From: Verrucomicrobiota bacterium
GTDB taxonomy: Bacteria; Verrucomicrobiota; Verrucomicrobiia; Limisphaerales; UBA11358
Assembly: GCA_050015635.1 (NCBI GenBank)
Contig: JBEKBA010000002.1
Location: 1-61,143, forward strand
DNA length: 61,143 nt
Direction of reading: 5' to 3'
Shown piece after piece: positions 1-9,228 of the stretch (within the stretch, counting starts at the first letter, position 1; every line of letters starts with the position of its first letter). Both the position numbers and the translations under genes were made by a program. Below the pieces are notes generated by a model that ran no database searches, was not told the origin of the DNA, and worked only from the letters and a program-made list of their open reading frames with translations.

Positions 1-163
1 TGGGAATTTTCTTGTTGCCATTGGGCAAAAAGGCGGCGCAGTTCATGGCGCACTCAGCCTGGCTCAGTTCTACGCAGATGCGAACCCGGACGGGGTCGGA
101 CAGGGCATACAAAATGCCCTGCACGGTAATGTCCTTCAGAGATGGATGATAAAGTGGCCGCAT
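1..163 (-). CDS. ArsR/SmtB-family HTH transcriptional regulator (N-terminal part only; gene runs off the left edge)
   Basis: Own translation of the minus strand from ATG at 163-161: MRPLYHPSLKDITVQGILYALSDPVRVRICVELSQAECAMNCAAFLPNGNKKIP. LSDPxRxxI is the typical start of the ArsR winged helix. Divergent from the SDR ORF at 291. Confidence 0.55.
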   Translation of the reverse strand, partial: MRPLYHPSLKDITVQGILYALSDPVRVRICVELSQAECAMNCAAFLPNGNKKIP

Positions 164-290
164 AAAAGAAGCATATCACAGCTTGACAAGATTGTCCACT
201 TGTTCCATATTTCAGAACTATTGAACGTCTTAGTCAACTAAAGCAGTTCGATTATTCGCAAACACAATAAGTTTAAACACAGAGAAAATT

Positions 291-878
291 ATGCAAAAAT
301 TAACAGGAATCAGTGACGGGAAGTTGAGTGGCAAGGTCGCCGTTATCACCGGCGGAACCACCGGCATCGGCTTGGCGACTGCTAAATTGTTCATCAGCGA
401 AGGTGCACGGGTGATCGTGACTGGTCGCAACCCTGCAACGATCAAGGCGGCCCAGGCTGAGCTTGGCGATAACGCCGTTGCCATCAGCAGCGATGCCACC
501 TCGCTTCCCGATATGGATGCTTTGGCGAAGAAGGTGAAGGAGACGTTCGGCAAGCTCGATGTGCTTTTCGTCAATGCGGGATATGGTCAATGGGTCCCAT
601 TTGAGGCGGTGACTGAGGAAGTTTACAACGAGATGCTCAGCCTGAACCTCAAGGGACCGTATTTCATCGTCCAGAAACTGGTGCCGCTCATGCCGCAAGG
701 AAGTTCGGTGGTCTTTACCACTTCGATTGCCAACGTGAAGGCGGTGGGGCCATTGAGCGCTTACGGCGCCGCTAAAGCAGGGCTTCGTTCACTTACTCGG
801 AGCCTTGCCGCTGAGCTCATGCCCCGTGGAATACGTGTTAATGCGGTGAACCCGGGTCCAATTGGATCGACAACCTAG
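291..878 (+). pseudogene. SDR-family oxidoreductase, C-terminally truncated (195 aa instead of ~250)
   Basis: TGGTTGIG Rossmann motif, NAG motif and catalytic YGAAK are present. The ORF stops right after NAVNPGPI, where the substrate-binding C-terminal ~50 aa should follow. Confidence 0.6.
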
Positions 879-1363
879 CCACATTTTCTGAAAAAGAGTT
901 CGGAGGTGATCGCGCCGCTGGCGCCGAAGCCATTCTGCGTGGCTCCTCGAAAGTGACTTACCGGGCGAACACAGCCTACGCTGATGCCAAGGTATTTGTC
1001 GCATGGTGGGTTGCAGTGCTTGCGCGCAAGATTCCGGAAAAAATGGGCATTTATGCCATCTCGCCTGGGAGCACTCCCGACACCCAGGGACTTCGTAGTG
1101 GAAGTTTCATGTTGCGGTATGTGATGGTGCCAATCTTGAAACTCCTTCCTGGAATGACCCAAACCCCCGAAGAAGCAGCAAAGAGATATCTCGCTGCTAT
1201 CAATTTTGGTGTTGAGACCTCGGGCAAGTTCTTTGCGTCGCCTCCAAAAAAGATGACGGGTCCCATTGAGGTCATGCGCCATGAGCATTTCCATGACCGC
1301 GTAAATCAGGACGCCCTTTGGCGGGCGGTTGTAAAAGTTTCTGGGGTTGACATTGATGCCTGA
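842..1363 (+). pseudogene. C-terminal fragment of a second, different SDR-type oxidoreductase (no Rossmann N-terminus)
   Basis: The frame is open from 842 and contains YADAK (YxxxK) and ISPGSTPDT, but no GxxxGxG region. It overlaps the end of the preceding SDR fragment in another frame. Confidence 0.5.
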
Positions 1364-1526
1364 GTTTTTCAGAAAGTCCCCAAAGACGATTTTCTGTCTC
1401 TAGATCAAGCGCTTTCCCCATTGTTAATTGTTTCACATTTAATGATCTTTTGGATTTTGGTCAAGTCTAAGTCTTGGAAGAAATGAGGTATTACCCTTTG
1501 GAATTAAGATGGCTTGGCTTATCTAA

Positions 1527-1913
1527 ATGAAAGCAAAACGAACCGAACATTTCAAAAATCCACGAGGCCTTCAAATATTCTCGACCGCTGACATCCCGAA
1601 TCTCAACCTCAATTTGGTCGGAAAGAATATAGCCAAATTGCGGCACCAACGAAGTTGGGCGCGGGAAGAAATGGTTGCCAAACTTCAGTTGCTTGGTTGT
1701 AATGTCACCCTCCGAATTCTAACCCGAATCGAATCACTTGGTTGCATTGTGACTGACGCACAGCTTGCTTTTTTTTCTGAAGTGTTTTCCGTTCCAATCA
1801 TAGACTTATTTCCACGTGTGCCGCAGTCCGGTAATCGAAAAATGCTGCAGACGAAACATCGTTTGACTCGGACATCATGGAACAGACGCTTTGAGAAAGA
1901 CACAAAATCTTGA
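1527..1913 (+). CDS. XRE-family helix-turn-helix transcriptional regulator
   Basis: 128-aa ORF. NLVGKNIAKLRHQRSWAREEMVAKL...ILTRIE resembles a Cro/C1-type HTH. It lies in an AT-rich stretch. Confidence 0.5.
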   Translation: MKAKRTEHFKNPRGLQIFSTADIPNLNLNLVGKNIAKLRHQRSWAREEMVAKLQLLGCNVTLRILTRIESLGCIVTDAQLAFFSEVFSVPIIDLFPRVPQSGNRKMLQTKHRLTRTSWNRRFEKDTKS

Positions 1914-2230
1914 TGTTCACGGGCAAGAGGAAAGCTTTTGTTTATGCGGCTCCACTAATATCGGTTTAAAGCAAAAAAGAATATTTTTACGGGAGTTGGC
2001 TTACGGAATTCCTTGCTGATACTTACGGTAGGGGTGAACACCTAATAGCGCCCGCACGCTGGCCGTGAGTAAGTTCACATGATGAATGCACAAGCGATTC
2101 GCGGCGACGACACAAAGACCCTACTTGTTTGCGGGATTGCTCATGAAACAATCGCAGGTGACAAAAACAATCATCGCACGATCCTCCCAACCAAACCCTC
2201 GTGAATCTGCCTTAACGAGATAAGAAAATT

Positions 2231-2815
2231 GTGAATTATTCAATCATCGGCTCGGGTAATGTCGGCACCGCGCTGGCCCGACAGTTCGCACGCAGCAACA
2301 TTGACGTTGCCATCGCCAACAGTCGCGGGGTCAGCTCCCTCGCTCCGCTCGTGGCGGAACTGAAGGGGAAAATTCGCGCTGTCAATTTATCGGAAGCGCT
2401 GGAAGCTGACATGGTCATTCTGGCGGTTCCGTTTCCCGCCTTCCCAAACGTAGCCCGCACCAAGACCAACTGGAGCGGGCAGATCATTATCGACGCCATG
2501 AACCGCCGTGAAAAAGTGAGCGGGCCAATGTCCAGCGAGGTGGTGGCCGGTGAATTTCCAGGTGCAAAGGTGGTCAAGGCCTTCAACCAGTTACCAGCGG
2601 CACTACTGGCGATTGATCCTTCGCAGGCTGGCGGCCGGCGCGTCATGTTCGTGTCAAGCAACGATGCGGACGCCAGCGCCACGGTCGCGAAACTGGCACG
2701 GCAGCTCGGTTTCGCACCCATCGAACTTGGGCGACTCGATGAAAGTGGACGTCTTTTACAATTCCATGGTCCGCTGGTGCTCCATAACCTCATCGAACAC
2801 GAATTTGAAGGATAA
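2231..2815 (+). CDS. NAD(P)-binding oxidoreductase, NADPH-dependent F420-reductase-like
   Basis: GTG start. The N-terminal IIGSGNVGTALA dinucleotide-binding motif and the ~194 aa length are typical of the NADP_oxidoreductase/F420 family. Confidence 0.65.
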   Translation: MNYSIIGSGNVGTALARQFARSNIDVAIANSRGVSSLAPLVAELKGKIRAVNLSEALEADMVILAVPFPAFPNVARTKTNWSGQIIIDAMNRREKVSGPMSSEVVAGEFPGAKVVKAFNQLPAALLAIDPSQAGGRRVMFVSSNDADASATVAKLARQLGFAPIELGRLDESGRLLQFHGPLVLHNLIEHEFEG

Positions 2816-2877
2816 GACATATGAATTCAAAAACACCAGCCGGACCCCGAAGCCAACGAACGTAGGAAATTTAAATT

Positions 2878-3471
2878 ATGTCAACTGCAATTCAACCTTC
2901 AGCATTAAATCAATTGTTTGACGGAGCGAGAACCTACAATCAATGGAGCGATAAGCCCGTCAACGAGAAAACCATTCACGAACTCTACGACCATTTGAAG
3001 TGGGGGCCCACCTCGGCCAACTGCTGCCCGGCGAGATTTGTATGGGTGAGAAGCGCGGAGGGCAAAGCGAAGTTGGCGGCGCTTGCGATGGAACCCAATC
3101 GACCAAAAATCCTTGCGGCGCCTGTCACCGTAATCATTGCACATGATCTTGCATTCCCTGAGACATTGCCGAAATTATTTCCTCAGCAAGGAGAGGCGAT
3201 GCGACAGTTTTTTAAGCAACCAGGCATGGCTGAAGTGAACGCACTGCGCAATGGCACCCTGCAAGGTGCCTACCTCATTATCGGTGCGCGCGCTCTCGGC
3301 CTCGACTGCGGGCCTATGTCCGGGTTTGATAATGCGGGTGTCGATGCGGCCTTCTTTTCAGGCATGACAATAAAGTCGAACTTTATCTGCAGTATCGGAT
3401 ATGGAGTGCCCGGCACACCCTACCCGCGTAACCCGCGTTTGACGTTCGAGGAGGCTTGTCAGTTTGCTTGA
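2878..3471 (+). CDS. Nitroreductase-family protein, RutE-like (malonic semialdehyde reductase family)
   Basis: 197 aa. KWGPTSANCCPARFV, GLDCGPMSGFD and LTFEEAC align by eye along the whole length with E. coli RutE as I remember it. There is no rut operon context. Confidence 0.75.
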   Translation: MSTAIQPSALNQLFDGARTYNQWSDKPVNEKTIHELYDHLKWGPTSANCCPARFVWVRSAEGKAKLAALAMEPNRPKILAAPVTVIIAHDLAFPETLPKLFPQQGEAMRQFFKQPGMAEVNALRNGTLQGAYLIIGARALGLDCGPMSGFDNAGVDAAFFSGMTIKSNFICSIGYGVPGTPYPRNPRLTFEEACQFA

Positions 3472-3635
3472 AAGGTGTTTGAGATTATTATTTATGTGTT
3501 CAATTCAACAGCCATGACGAGTTTTGCGCGTGCGGGTTATACCCCATGGCGATGCATCGAGCATGGCGTAACAATCAGTTAGCTAGACGAATGCCAGACC
3601 ACTTTTGTCGTCACACTGGCGGTATAAACAATATT

Positions 3636-4586
3636 ATGAGCATCGCAAAATTAAATTCATGGATGGAAAACCATCCAGTCACGCAACAGGATAAAGTCGC
3701 TATGGCCGCGATGAGGGCCATCGTCGAGCCAAACAAAGGACGAATGCGAGGCACGGCTGCCCGCGATGCATATGACGGCATAATGAACCGGGTCAAAGCA
3801 CCGTCTGGGGTGACTTTTCATGAGGACAAGCTTGGCGAGGTTTCAGGCTGGTGGTGCCGTCCTGCCAATATCCAGCCGGGTAAGGCTATTGTTCACTTCC
3901 ATGGCGGTTGGTTCAATTGGGGATCGGCCCGAGCTTTCCGCCACCTGGTGGGACAGATTGCTGCCCAGACCCAAGTTGAAGCCTTTATCCCAGAATATCG
4001 GTTGGCACCTGAGCATCCTTTCCCGGCGGCGATTGAAGATGCTCAATCTTGCTACCATGAATTGGTGAATCGCGGAACATCCCTTGTCGCGCTCACTGGT
4101 GACTCGGCCGGTGGAGGTTTGGCCCTGTCATTGCTGGCGATAGCAACGAATTCAGCAATTTCTAACGGGGTGACACCTGTCGGCGCAGTCGTTCTGTCCC
4201 CCGTTACCGACTTAATGCTTAGTGGCCAAAGTTGGCAAAGTCGCGCAGTCGCTGATCCTTATTTTATCCAATCTCAAGCTGCTGGTTTGGTAAAGGCTTA
4301 CTTGGCCGGCGCAAATCCGAACGATCCAATGGCTTCACCTCTCTATGGTAGCTTGGCCGGACTTCCACCGATACGCGTTCAGGTGGGCGACGATGAGGTC
4401 TTGCTCGACGATTCTCGCCGTTATGTGGAGCGAGCCATCGAAGCCGGGGTTGATGCGAAACTCGATGTGTGGGAAGGCATGCCACATGGATTCTTGGGCG
4501 GCATCGGAACTTTCAATGCCTCGGCGCAGGCGCTCGAAGCGATTGGAGAATTTCTGGCCGAGAGATTCGCTAAGTCCAACGCTTGA
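3636..4586 (+). CDS. Alpha/beta hydrolase, hormone-sensitive-lipase (family IV) type esterase
   Basis: HGGWF oxyanion motif and GDSAGG nucleophile elbow, with a C-terminal DxxxxD...H pattern. I prefer the internal ATG at 3636 (MSIAKL...) over the track start at 3546. Confidence 0.7.
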   Translation: MSIAKLNSWMENHPVTQQDKVAMAAMRAIVEPNKGRMRGTAARDAYDGIMNRVKAPSGVTFHEDKLGEVSGWWCRPANIQPGKAIVHFHGGWFNWGSARAFRHLVGQIAAQTQVEAFIPEYRLAPEHPFPAAIEDAQSCYHELVNRGTSLVALTGDSAGGGLALSLLAIATNSAISNGVTPVGAVVLSPVTDLMLSGQSWQSRAVADPYFIQSQAAGLVKAYLAGANPNDPMASPLYGSLAGLPPIRVQVGDDEVLLDDSRRYVERAIEAGVDAKLDVWEGMPHGFLGGIGTFNASAQALEAIGEFLAERFAKSNA

Positions 4587-4648
4587 AAATATATAAAAGA
4601 AAATAGTTATGAAAATTAAAAACAGCAATTCAAAAGGAGTCTGCACCC

Positions 4649-5419
4649 ATGAACATCAACGGGAATAATACCATTCTGATTACGGGCGGAGGGTCTGGTA
4701 TTGGTCGCGGGCTCGCCGAGGCCTTCCACAAGTTGGGCAATACCGTCGTCATCGTTGGCCGGCGCAAGGCGACGCTCGATGCCGTGACTGCTGCCAACCC
4801 AGGCATTCTCTCCAAGGTGGTTGACGTGCAAAACACAGGCAAGCTCAAGGACTTTGCGTCCAACATCGCGGCTAAATATCCGAAGCTGAACGTTCTGATT
4901 AACATGGCCGGAATCATGAAAGCGGAGACACTGGACAAAGCCCCGGATTACGACGTGATCGATTCCACCATCGCCACCAATTTAACCGCTCCCTTGTATC
5001 TCACGGCCGCTCTGCTCCCGCTCTTGAAGCGTCAGCCGGAGGCAACCATCATGACAGTGACTTCGGGTCTTGCCTTCACCCCGCTTGTGCTGACGCCAAC
5101 CTATTGCGCCACCAAAGCCGCCATGCATTCCTGGTCGCTCTCCCTGCGTTACCAGCTCAAGGATACCCCGGTCCGTGTTCTGGAGCTTGTGCCCCCATAT
5201 GTTCAGACCGAACTGATGGGTAAGCGCCAGGCCAATGATCCCAAAGCCATGCCCTTGACCGACTTCATCGCCGAGGTCATGCAGATTCTCGCCACGCAGC
5301 CTGAGGCGAATGAGATCCTCGTCAAGAAAGTCTATCCCCTCCGATTTGCCGGCGACTTTAATGCGAAGAAGTTCGAGAGCTTCTTCGAGCAATTCAATGC
5401 GGCGATGGCTAGCCACTAA
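4649..5419 (+). CDS. SDR-family oxidoreductase
   Basis: 256 aa with [12 protein letters not shown] and YCATKAA (YxxxK) motifs. Confidence 0.8.
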   Translation: MNINGNNTILITGGGSGIGRGLAEAFHKLGNTVVIVGRRKATLDAVTAANPGILSKVVDVQNTGKLKDFASNIAAKYPKLNVLINMAGIMKAETLDKAPDYDVIDSTIATNLTAPLYLTAALLPLLKRQPEATIMTVTSGLAFTPLVLTPTYCATKAAMHSWSLSLRYQLKDTPVRVLELVPPYVQTELMGKRQANDPKAMPLTDFIAEVMQILATQPEANEILVKKVYPLRFAGDFNAKKFESFFEQFNAAMASH

Positions 5420-5432
5420 AGGAGAAATCATC

Positions 5433-5651
5433 ATGCGTATTTTTGTAACCGGAGCAACAGGATTCGTTGGTTCGGCGCTTGTGCCGGAGTTGGTCCAGGC
5501 AGGACACACTGTGTTGGGGCTGACGAGATCGAAGGCTGGCGCCGCCGCGCTGCGAGCGGCAGGAGCCGAAGTGCAACATGGCAGAGTGGAATATCGCAAC
5601 AGTCTTCGCGCAGGAGCAGCCAACGCGGACGGCGTCATTCATTTGGCATAA
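5433..5651 (+). pseudogene. N-terminal fragment (72 aa) of an NAD(P)-binding epimerase/NmrA-type atypical SDR
   Basis: The ATG at 5433 follows a GGAG Shine-Dalgarno. [17 protein letters not shown] is the classical Rossmann start. The ORF ends after GVIHLA, where ~200 further residues are expected. Confidence 0.55.
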
Positions 5652-5708
5652 GAGGCGAACGCCCGTGAACCACACAAAAAACTGATTTCAGCAATCCCAA
5701 TTTCTGTT

Positions 5709-6743
5709 ATGAAAAAGAAGGCAATAACGCAACTCGGAATGGTGGGACTGGGCCGGATGGGCTCCAACATGGTGCGACGGCTAATCAAGGGCGGCCATCA
5801 GTGCGTGGTTTTCAACCGCTCGCCGCAGAAGGTGAAGGACTTGGTAAAGGAGAAGGCTGTCGGCGCCTCCTCGCTCGCCGACCTCGTGAAAAAACTCCAG
5901 AAACCTCGGGCAGTTTGGTTGATGGTGCCCGCCGAAGTCGTGGACAGCTTCATCTCGGACCTGATGCCACTGCTGGAGCCCGGCGACATCCTGATTGACG
6001 GCGGCAATTCCTGTTACGTGGACGACATCCGGCGCGCGAAGGAACTTGGGCCGAAGAAAATTCATTATCTGGATGTGGGAACCAGCGGCGGTGTTTGGGG
6101 ATTGAAACGCGGCTACTGCATGATGATCGGCGGCGAGAAAAGCGTGGTGCGCCATCTCAATCCTATCTTCGCCACGCTGGCTCCAGGCATCGGCGACATT
6201 CCGCGCACGACCGAACGCAAGAAGACCGGCGGCACTGCGGAGCAGGGTTATCTGCATTGCGGACCGAACGGGGCCGGCCACTTCGTCAAGATGGTCCACA
6301 ACGGTATTGAGTATGGCCTCATGGCCGCCTATGCCGAAGGGCTTAGCGTCCTGCGCGAAGCCAATATCGGGAAACGAGCGCACAATCCCGACGCCGAGAC
6401 GACGCCTCTGCGCGATCCTGAGCATTATCAATATGACCTCAATCTGGGCGACATCGCCGAGGTATGGCGGCGCGGCAGCGTCATCGCTTCGTGGCTGTTG
6501 GATTTGACGGCGGATGCGCTGGCCAAAGATTCCAAGCTCGCGCAATTCGCGGGCCGGGTGTCGGACTCCGGCGAAGGCCGATGGACGATCAAAGCCGCCA
6601 TTGATGAAGGTGTGCCGGTGCCGGTGCTTACCACGGCGCTTTATGCGCGATTCGCTTCGCGCGGCGAGGCGGATTTCCAAGGCAAGCTGCTCTCGGCCAT
6701 GCGCTACGGATTCGGCGGCCATTTGGAGAAATCCGCGAAATGA
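5709..6743 (+). CDS. gnd: 6-phosphogluconate dehydrogenase (decarboxylating), short Gnd/GntZ-like form
   Basis: 344 aa with GLGRMGSNM NAD(P)-binding start and GHFVKMVHNGIEYG motif, followed by a zwf fragment. Confidence 0.85.
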   Translation: MKKKAITQLGMVGLGRMGSNMVRRLIKGGHQCVVFNRSPQKVKDLVKEKAVGASSLADLVKKLQKPRAVWLMVPAEVVDSFISDLMPLLEPGDILIDGGNSCYVDDIRRAKELGPKKIHYLDVGTSGGVWGLKRGYCMMIGGEKSVVRHLNPIFATLAPGIGDIPRTTERKKTGGTAEQGYLHCGPNGAGHFVKMVHNGIEYGLMAAYAEGLSVLREANIGKRAHNPDAETTPLRDPEHYQYDLNLGDIAEVWRRGSVIASWLLDLTADALAKDSKLAQFAGRVSDSGEGRWTIKAAIDEGVPVPVLTTALYARFASRGEADFQGKLLSAMRYGFGGHLEKSAK

Positions 6744-6753
6744 GGAACGACGC

Positions 6754-7140
6754 ATGAACCTCCCTCACTCCGACGCCCTCGTCTTCTTCGGGGCCACTGG
6801 CGACCTCATATTCAAGAAGGTTTTCCCCTCCCTGTATGCGATGGAAAGGCGGGGTCATCTCATGGTGCCCGTTATCGGGGTCGCGAGGTCGGATTGGACG
6901 ATCGAGAAGTTTCGGGCGCGTGCCCTTGCGAGCGTCAAGAAACAGGACGGCTTCGACGCGGCGGTCTTCGCGAAATTCCAAAAGCGGCTCCGTTACATCA
7001 GTGGCGACTACAGCGCTGCGGCCACCTACGCCGCACTCCGCAAGGAACTCGGCAAGGCGGCGCACCCGCTGCACTTTCTCGCCATTCCTCCCAGTGTGTT
7101 CACGGGAGTGATCAAGGGACTCGGCCAGCAATTCTCTTAA
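6754..7140 (+). pseudogene. zwf: Glucose-6-phosphate dehydrogenase, N-terminal 128 aa only
   Basis: FFGATGDLIFKKVFPSLY is the Zwf NADP-binding signature. The ORF stops at 7140 (full length is ~480-500 aa), and none of the three downstream frames continues Zwf-like sequence. Confidence 0.7.
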
Positions 7141-7635
7141 AACTGACAATCCCCGACAATCCAAATGTTGGCGATCAAGTGCTTCAATGCGTGTCACAAA
7201 TCCGCGGGATCACTTGCATTCAACAACTGCATCCTCTGATTCTCCCTTCATTACATTGGCTAACGGTCGGTCCGTTTACTTCTGGACAATATTGCGTGAA
7301 AAGCACACCCGTTTCCATGCCAAAAACGGCGGCAAAATACATGATATGCTCTTGAGTTGAGGCAGCGGCAAGCCGTCTCTCTCAAAACTTGCAACAGCCA
7401 GGCACCTGCAATAATTCCACGCAACGCAGACGCCCTTCTACCCCAAGTCTGCCTGCCCGCGCCGCTCAAATTCTTCTCGCAGTGGTGAAATAAAAATTCA
7501 CGCGGAATTTTGTCTTCGATAACTTTGCCTTTGCTGGGCGCAAATTTGCCCGCCATTTTCAGGCAAAAATAATTTGAAAATTCTTCAATTCTCCTGCACT
7601 CTTCCTGCACAACTGTGCAAGTTGTTGAAGCTGAA

Positions 7636-7709
7636 TGGAGCGGGCGAAGGGAATCGAACCCTCGTAACCAGTTTGGAAGACTGGCGCTCTACCATTGAGC
7701 TACGCCCGC
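7636..7709 (-). tRNA. tRNA-Gly (anticodon UCC), CCA encoded
   Basis: The reverse complement reads GCGGGCGTAGCTCAATGGTAGAGCGCCAGTCTTCCAAACTGGTTACGAGGGTTCGATTCCCTTCGCCCGCTCCA. It folds as a cloverleaf with a 7-bp acceptor stem, anticodon loop CTTCCAA and a GGTTCGATTCC T-arm. Confidence 0.9.
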
Positions 7710-7725
7710 TTTTTCCGGCGTGCGA

Positions 7726-7753
7726 ATCATACCGTCCGCGCTTGCCTTGTCAA
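7726..7753 (-). promoter_or_regulatory. Putative sigma70-type promoter of tRNA-Gly
   Basis: Minus strand has TTGACA (7753-7748), a 16-nt spacer and TATGAT (7731-7726). The -10 element ends 16 nt upstream of the tRNA 5' end. Confidence 0.35.
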
Positions 7754-7776
7754 TCATGGCAAGATAAACTCATTCC

Positions 7777-9153
7777 GTGAATTCGCTGCTTCTGACCGGC
7801 GGCCGGGTGATTGATCCCGCAAATCATTTCGATTCTTCCGCCGACCTGCTTATCATTGACGGAAAAATTTCCGCCCTCGGCCAAAACCTTTCCGCGCCAG
7901 AGGAAATCGAGCGGTTCGATGCCGGGGGAAAAATTATTTGTCCCGGCCTGATTGATCTGCACGTCCATTTGCGTGAACCCGGCCAGGTCGCCAAGGAAAA
8001 TCTCGCCACCGGAACGGCCGCCGCCGCGCGCGGTGGCTTTACGTCGGTCGTTTGCATGCCGAACACCTCCCCGGCGGTTGACAATGCTGGAACCGTCGCG
8101 CTCATCCACGAACGCGCCGCGCAAGAAGGGGTTGTGAATGTTTTTGTCGCGGGCGCGATCACCAAAAACATCGCGGGCGAAGAACTCGCGCCGATTGGTT
8201 CGCTCAAAAAGGCCGGAGTCGTCGCCGTCACCGACGACGGCCATTGCGTGCAGAACAATGAACTCATGCGCCGCGCCTGCGAATACGCGAAGATGTTCGA
8301 CCTGCCGGTTTTCGATCATTGCCAGGATTACTCGCTTGTGACCGACGGCGTCATGCACGAAGGTTATTGGAGCGTCGCGCTCGGTTTGAGCGGCTGGCCA
8401 TCGGCGGGTGAGGAGATGATCGTCGCGCGGAACATTTTGCTGGCTGAACTTACGGGCGCAAGAATCCACTGCCAGCACTTGAGCGCGGCGGGCAGTGTCG
8501 CACTGTTGCGTGAAGCAAAAAAGCGCGGCGTGCCGATCTCCGGCGAAGCGTGTCCGCATCATTTCACCTTGACCGACGCGGCGGTTTCCGGAAGCGAAAA
8601 ATTCTGGGGCGACGACGGAAAATTTTTGGCGAAATCTCAAAACGGCGGACTTCCCGAATGGCCGGCTTACGACACGAATTTCAAAATGAATCCGCCGCTG
8701 CGTTCCGCGCGCGACCGCGAGGCGATTCTTGAAGGTCTGGCCGATGGCACGATTGAGATTTTGTGCAGCGACCACGCGCCGCACTGTGATTATGAAAAGG
8801 AAGCCGAGTTTGATTACGCGCCGTTTGGCATCACCGGCCTCGAAACCGAACTCGCGCTCTCGCTCATGCAACTGGTTTGCACGAAACGCATTGAGCTTGC
8901 GGATTTGCTTGCGAAATTCACCATTAATCCGGCGCGGTTGTTGAACTTGAACAAAGGCACGTTGAGTATCGGAGCGGACGCGGATGTGACGGTTTTTGAT
9001 CCCGATGTGGAATGGGTTTTCCGCGCGGAAGAAAGCGCCAGCAAATCAAAAAACAGTCCGTTCTCCGGCTGGAAACTCAAAGGCAAAGCTGCGGCGACCA
9101 TCGTCGGCGGCAAAAAAGTTTGGACCGGACAAAATGAGTTGGTCGCAGCCTGA
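7777..9153 (+). CDS. pyrC: Dihydroorotase (class I, amidohydrolase)
   Basis: 458 aa, GTG start. DLHVHLREPG metal-binding motif and overall DHOase/allantoinase-like layout. Confidence 0.9.
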   Translation: MNSLLLTGGRVIDPANHFDSSADLLIIDGKISALGQNLSAPEEIERFDAGGKIICPGLIDLHVHLREPGQVAKENLATGTAAAARGGFTSVVCMPNTSPAVDNAGTVALIHERAAQEGVVNVFVAGAITKNIAGEELAPIGSLKKAGVVAVTDDGHCVQNNELMRRACEYAKMFDLPVFDHCQDYSLVTDGVMHEGYWSVALGLSGWPSAGEEMIVARNILLAELTGARIHCQHLSAAGSVALLREAKKRGVPISGEACPHHFTLTDAAVSGSEKFWGDDGKFLAKSQNGGLPEWPAYDTNFKMNPPLRSARDREAILEGLADGTIEILCSDHAPHCDYEKEAEFDYAPFGITGLETELALSLMQLVCTKRIELADLLAKFTINPARLLNLNKGTLSIGADADVTVFDPDVEWVFRAEESASKSKNSPFSGWKLKGKAAATIVGGKKVWTGQNELVAA

Positions 9154-9228
9154 TGAATTGAAAAAAAGCCAGCGCCGCGCTCGAAAGACAACATCGGGCG
9201 GGTATCCGAGCCGCCTGCGCGGAAATAT

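Noticed and set aside
3546-3635. Upstream extensions of track ORFs (esterase 3546, rluB 28112, folD 29876, lolC 32149, DUF899 26020, pdxA 15799, fabH 51685, plsX 52749, coaD 53989)
   Set aside because: Internal ATG starts give N-termini matching the family consensus, often with a Shine-Dalgarno or an ATGA coupling to the previous gene. The extensions overlap neighbouring genes or add non-homologous residues.
5781-6755. 324-aa minus-strand ORF opposite gnd, and 6514..7140 / 6628..7197 ORFs over the gnd-zwf junction
   Set aside because: These are shadow frames. The plus-strand frames carry unmistakable Gnd and Zwf motifs.
7260-7610. Possible integrase remnant next to the tRNA-Gly 3' end
   Set aside because: Translation (MAGKFAPSKGKVIEDKIPREFLFHHCEKNL...) shows none of the tyrosine-recombinase R..HxxR..Y boxes, or even a SAM-like N-domain, that I can recognise. 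It is left as unassigned DNA.
7750-8871. 373-aa minus-strand ORF opposite pyrC (plus nested ORFs at 7824..8267 and others)
   Set aside because: It is an antisense shadow of a well-supported dihydroorotase gene, with an R/G/A-rich sequence and no domain signature.
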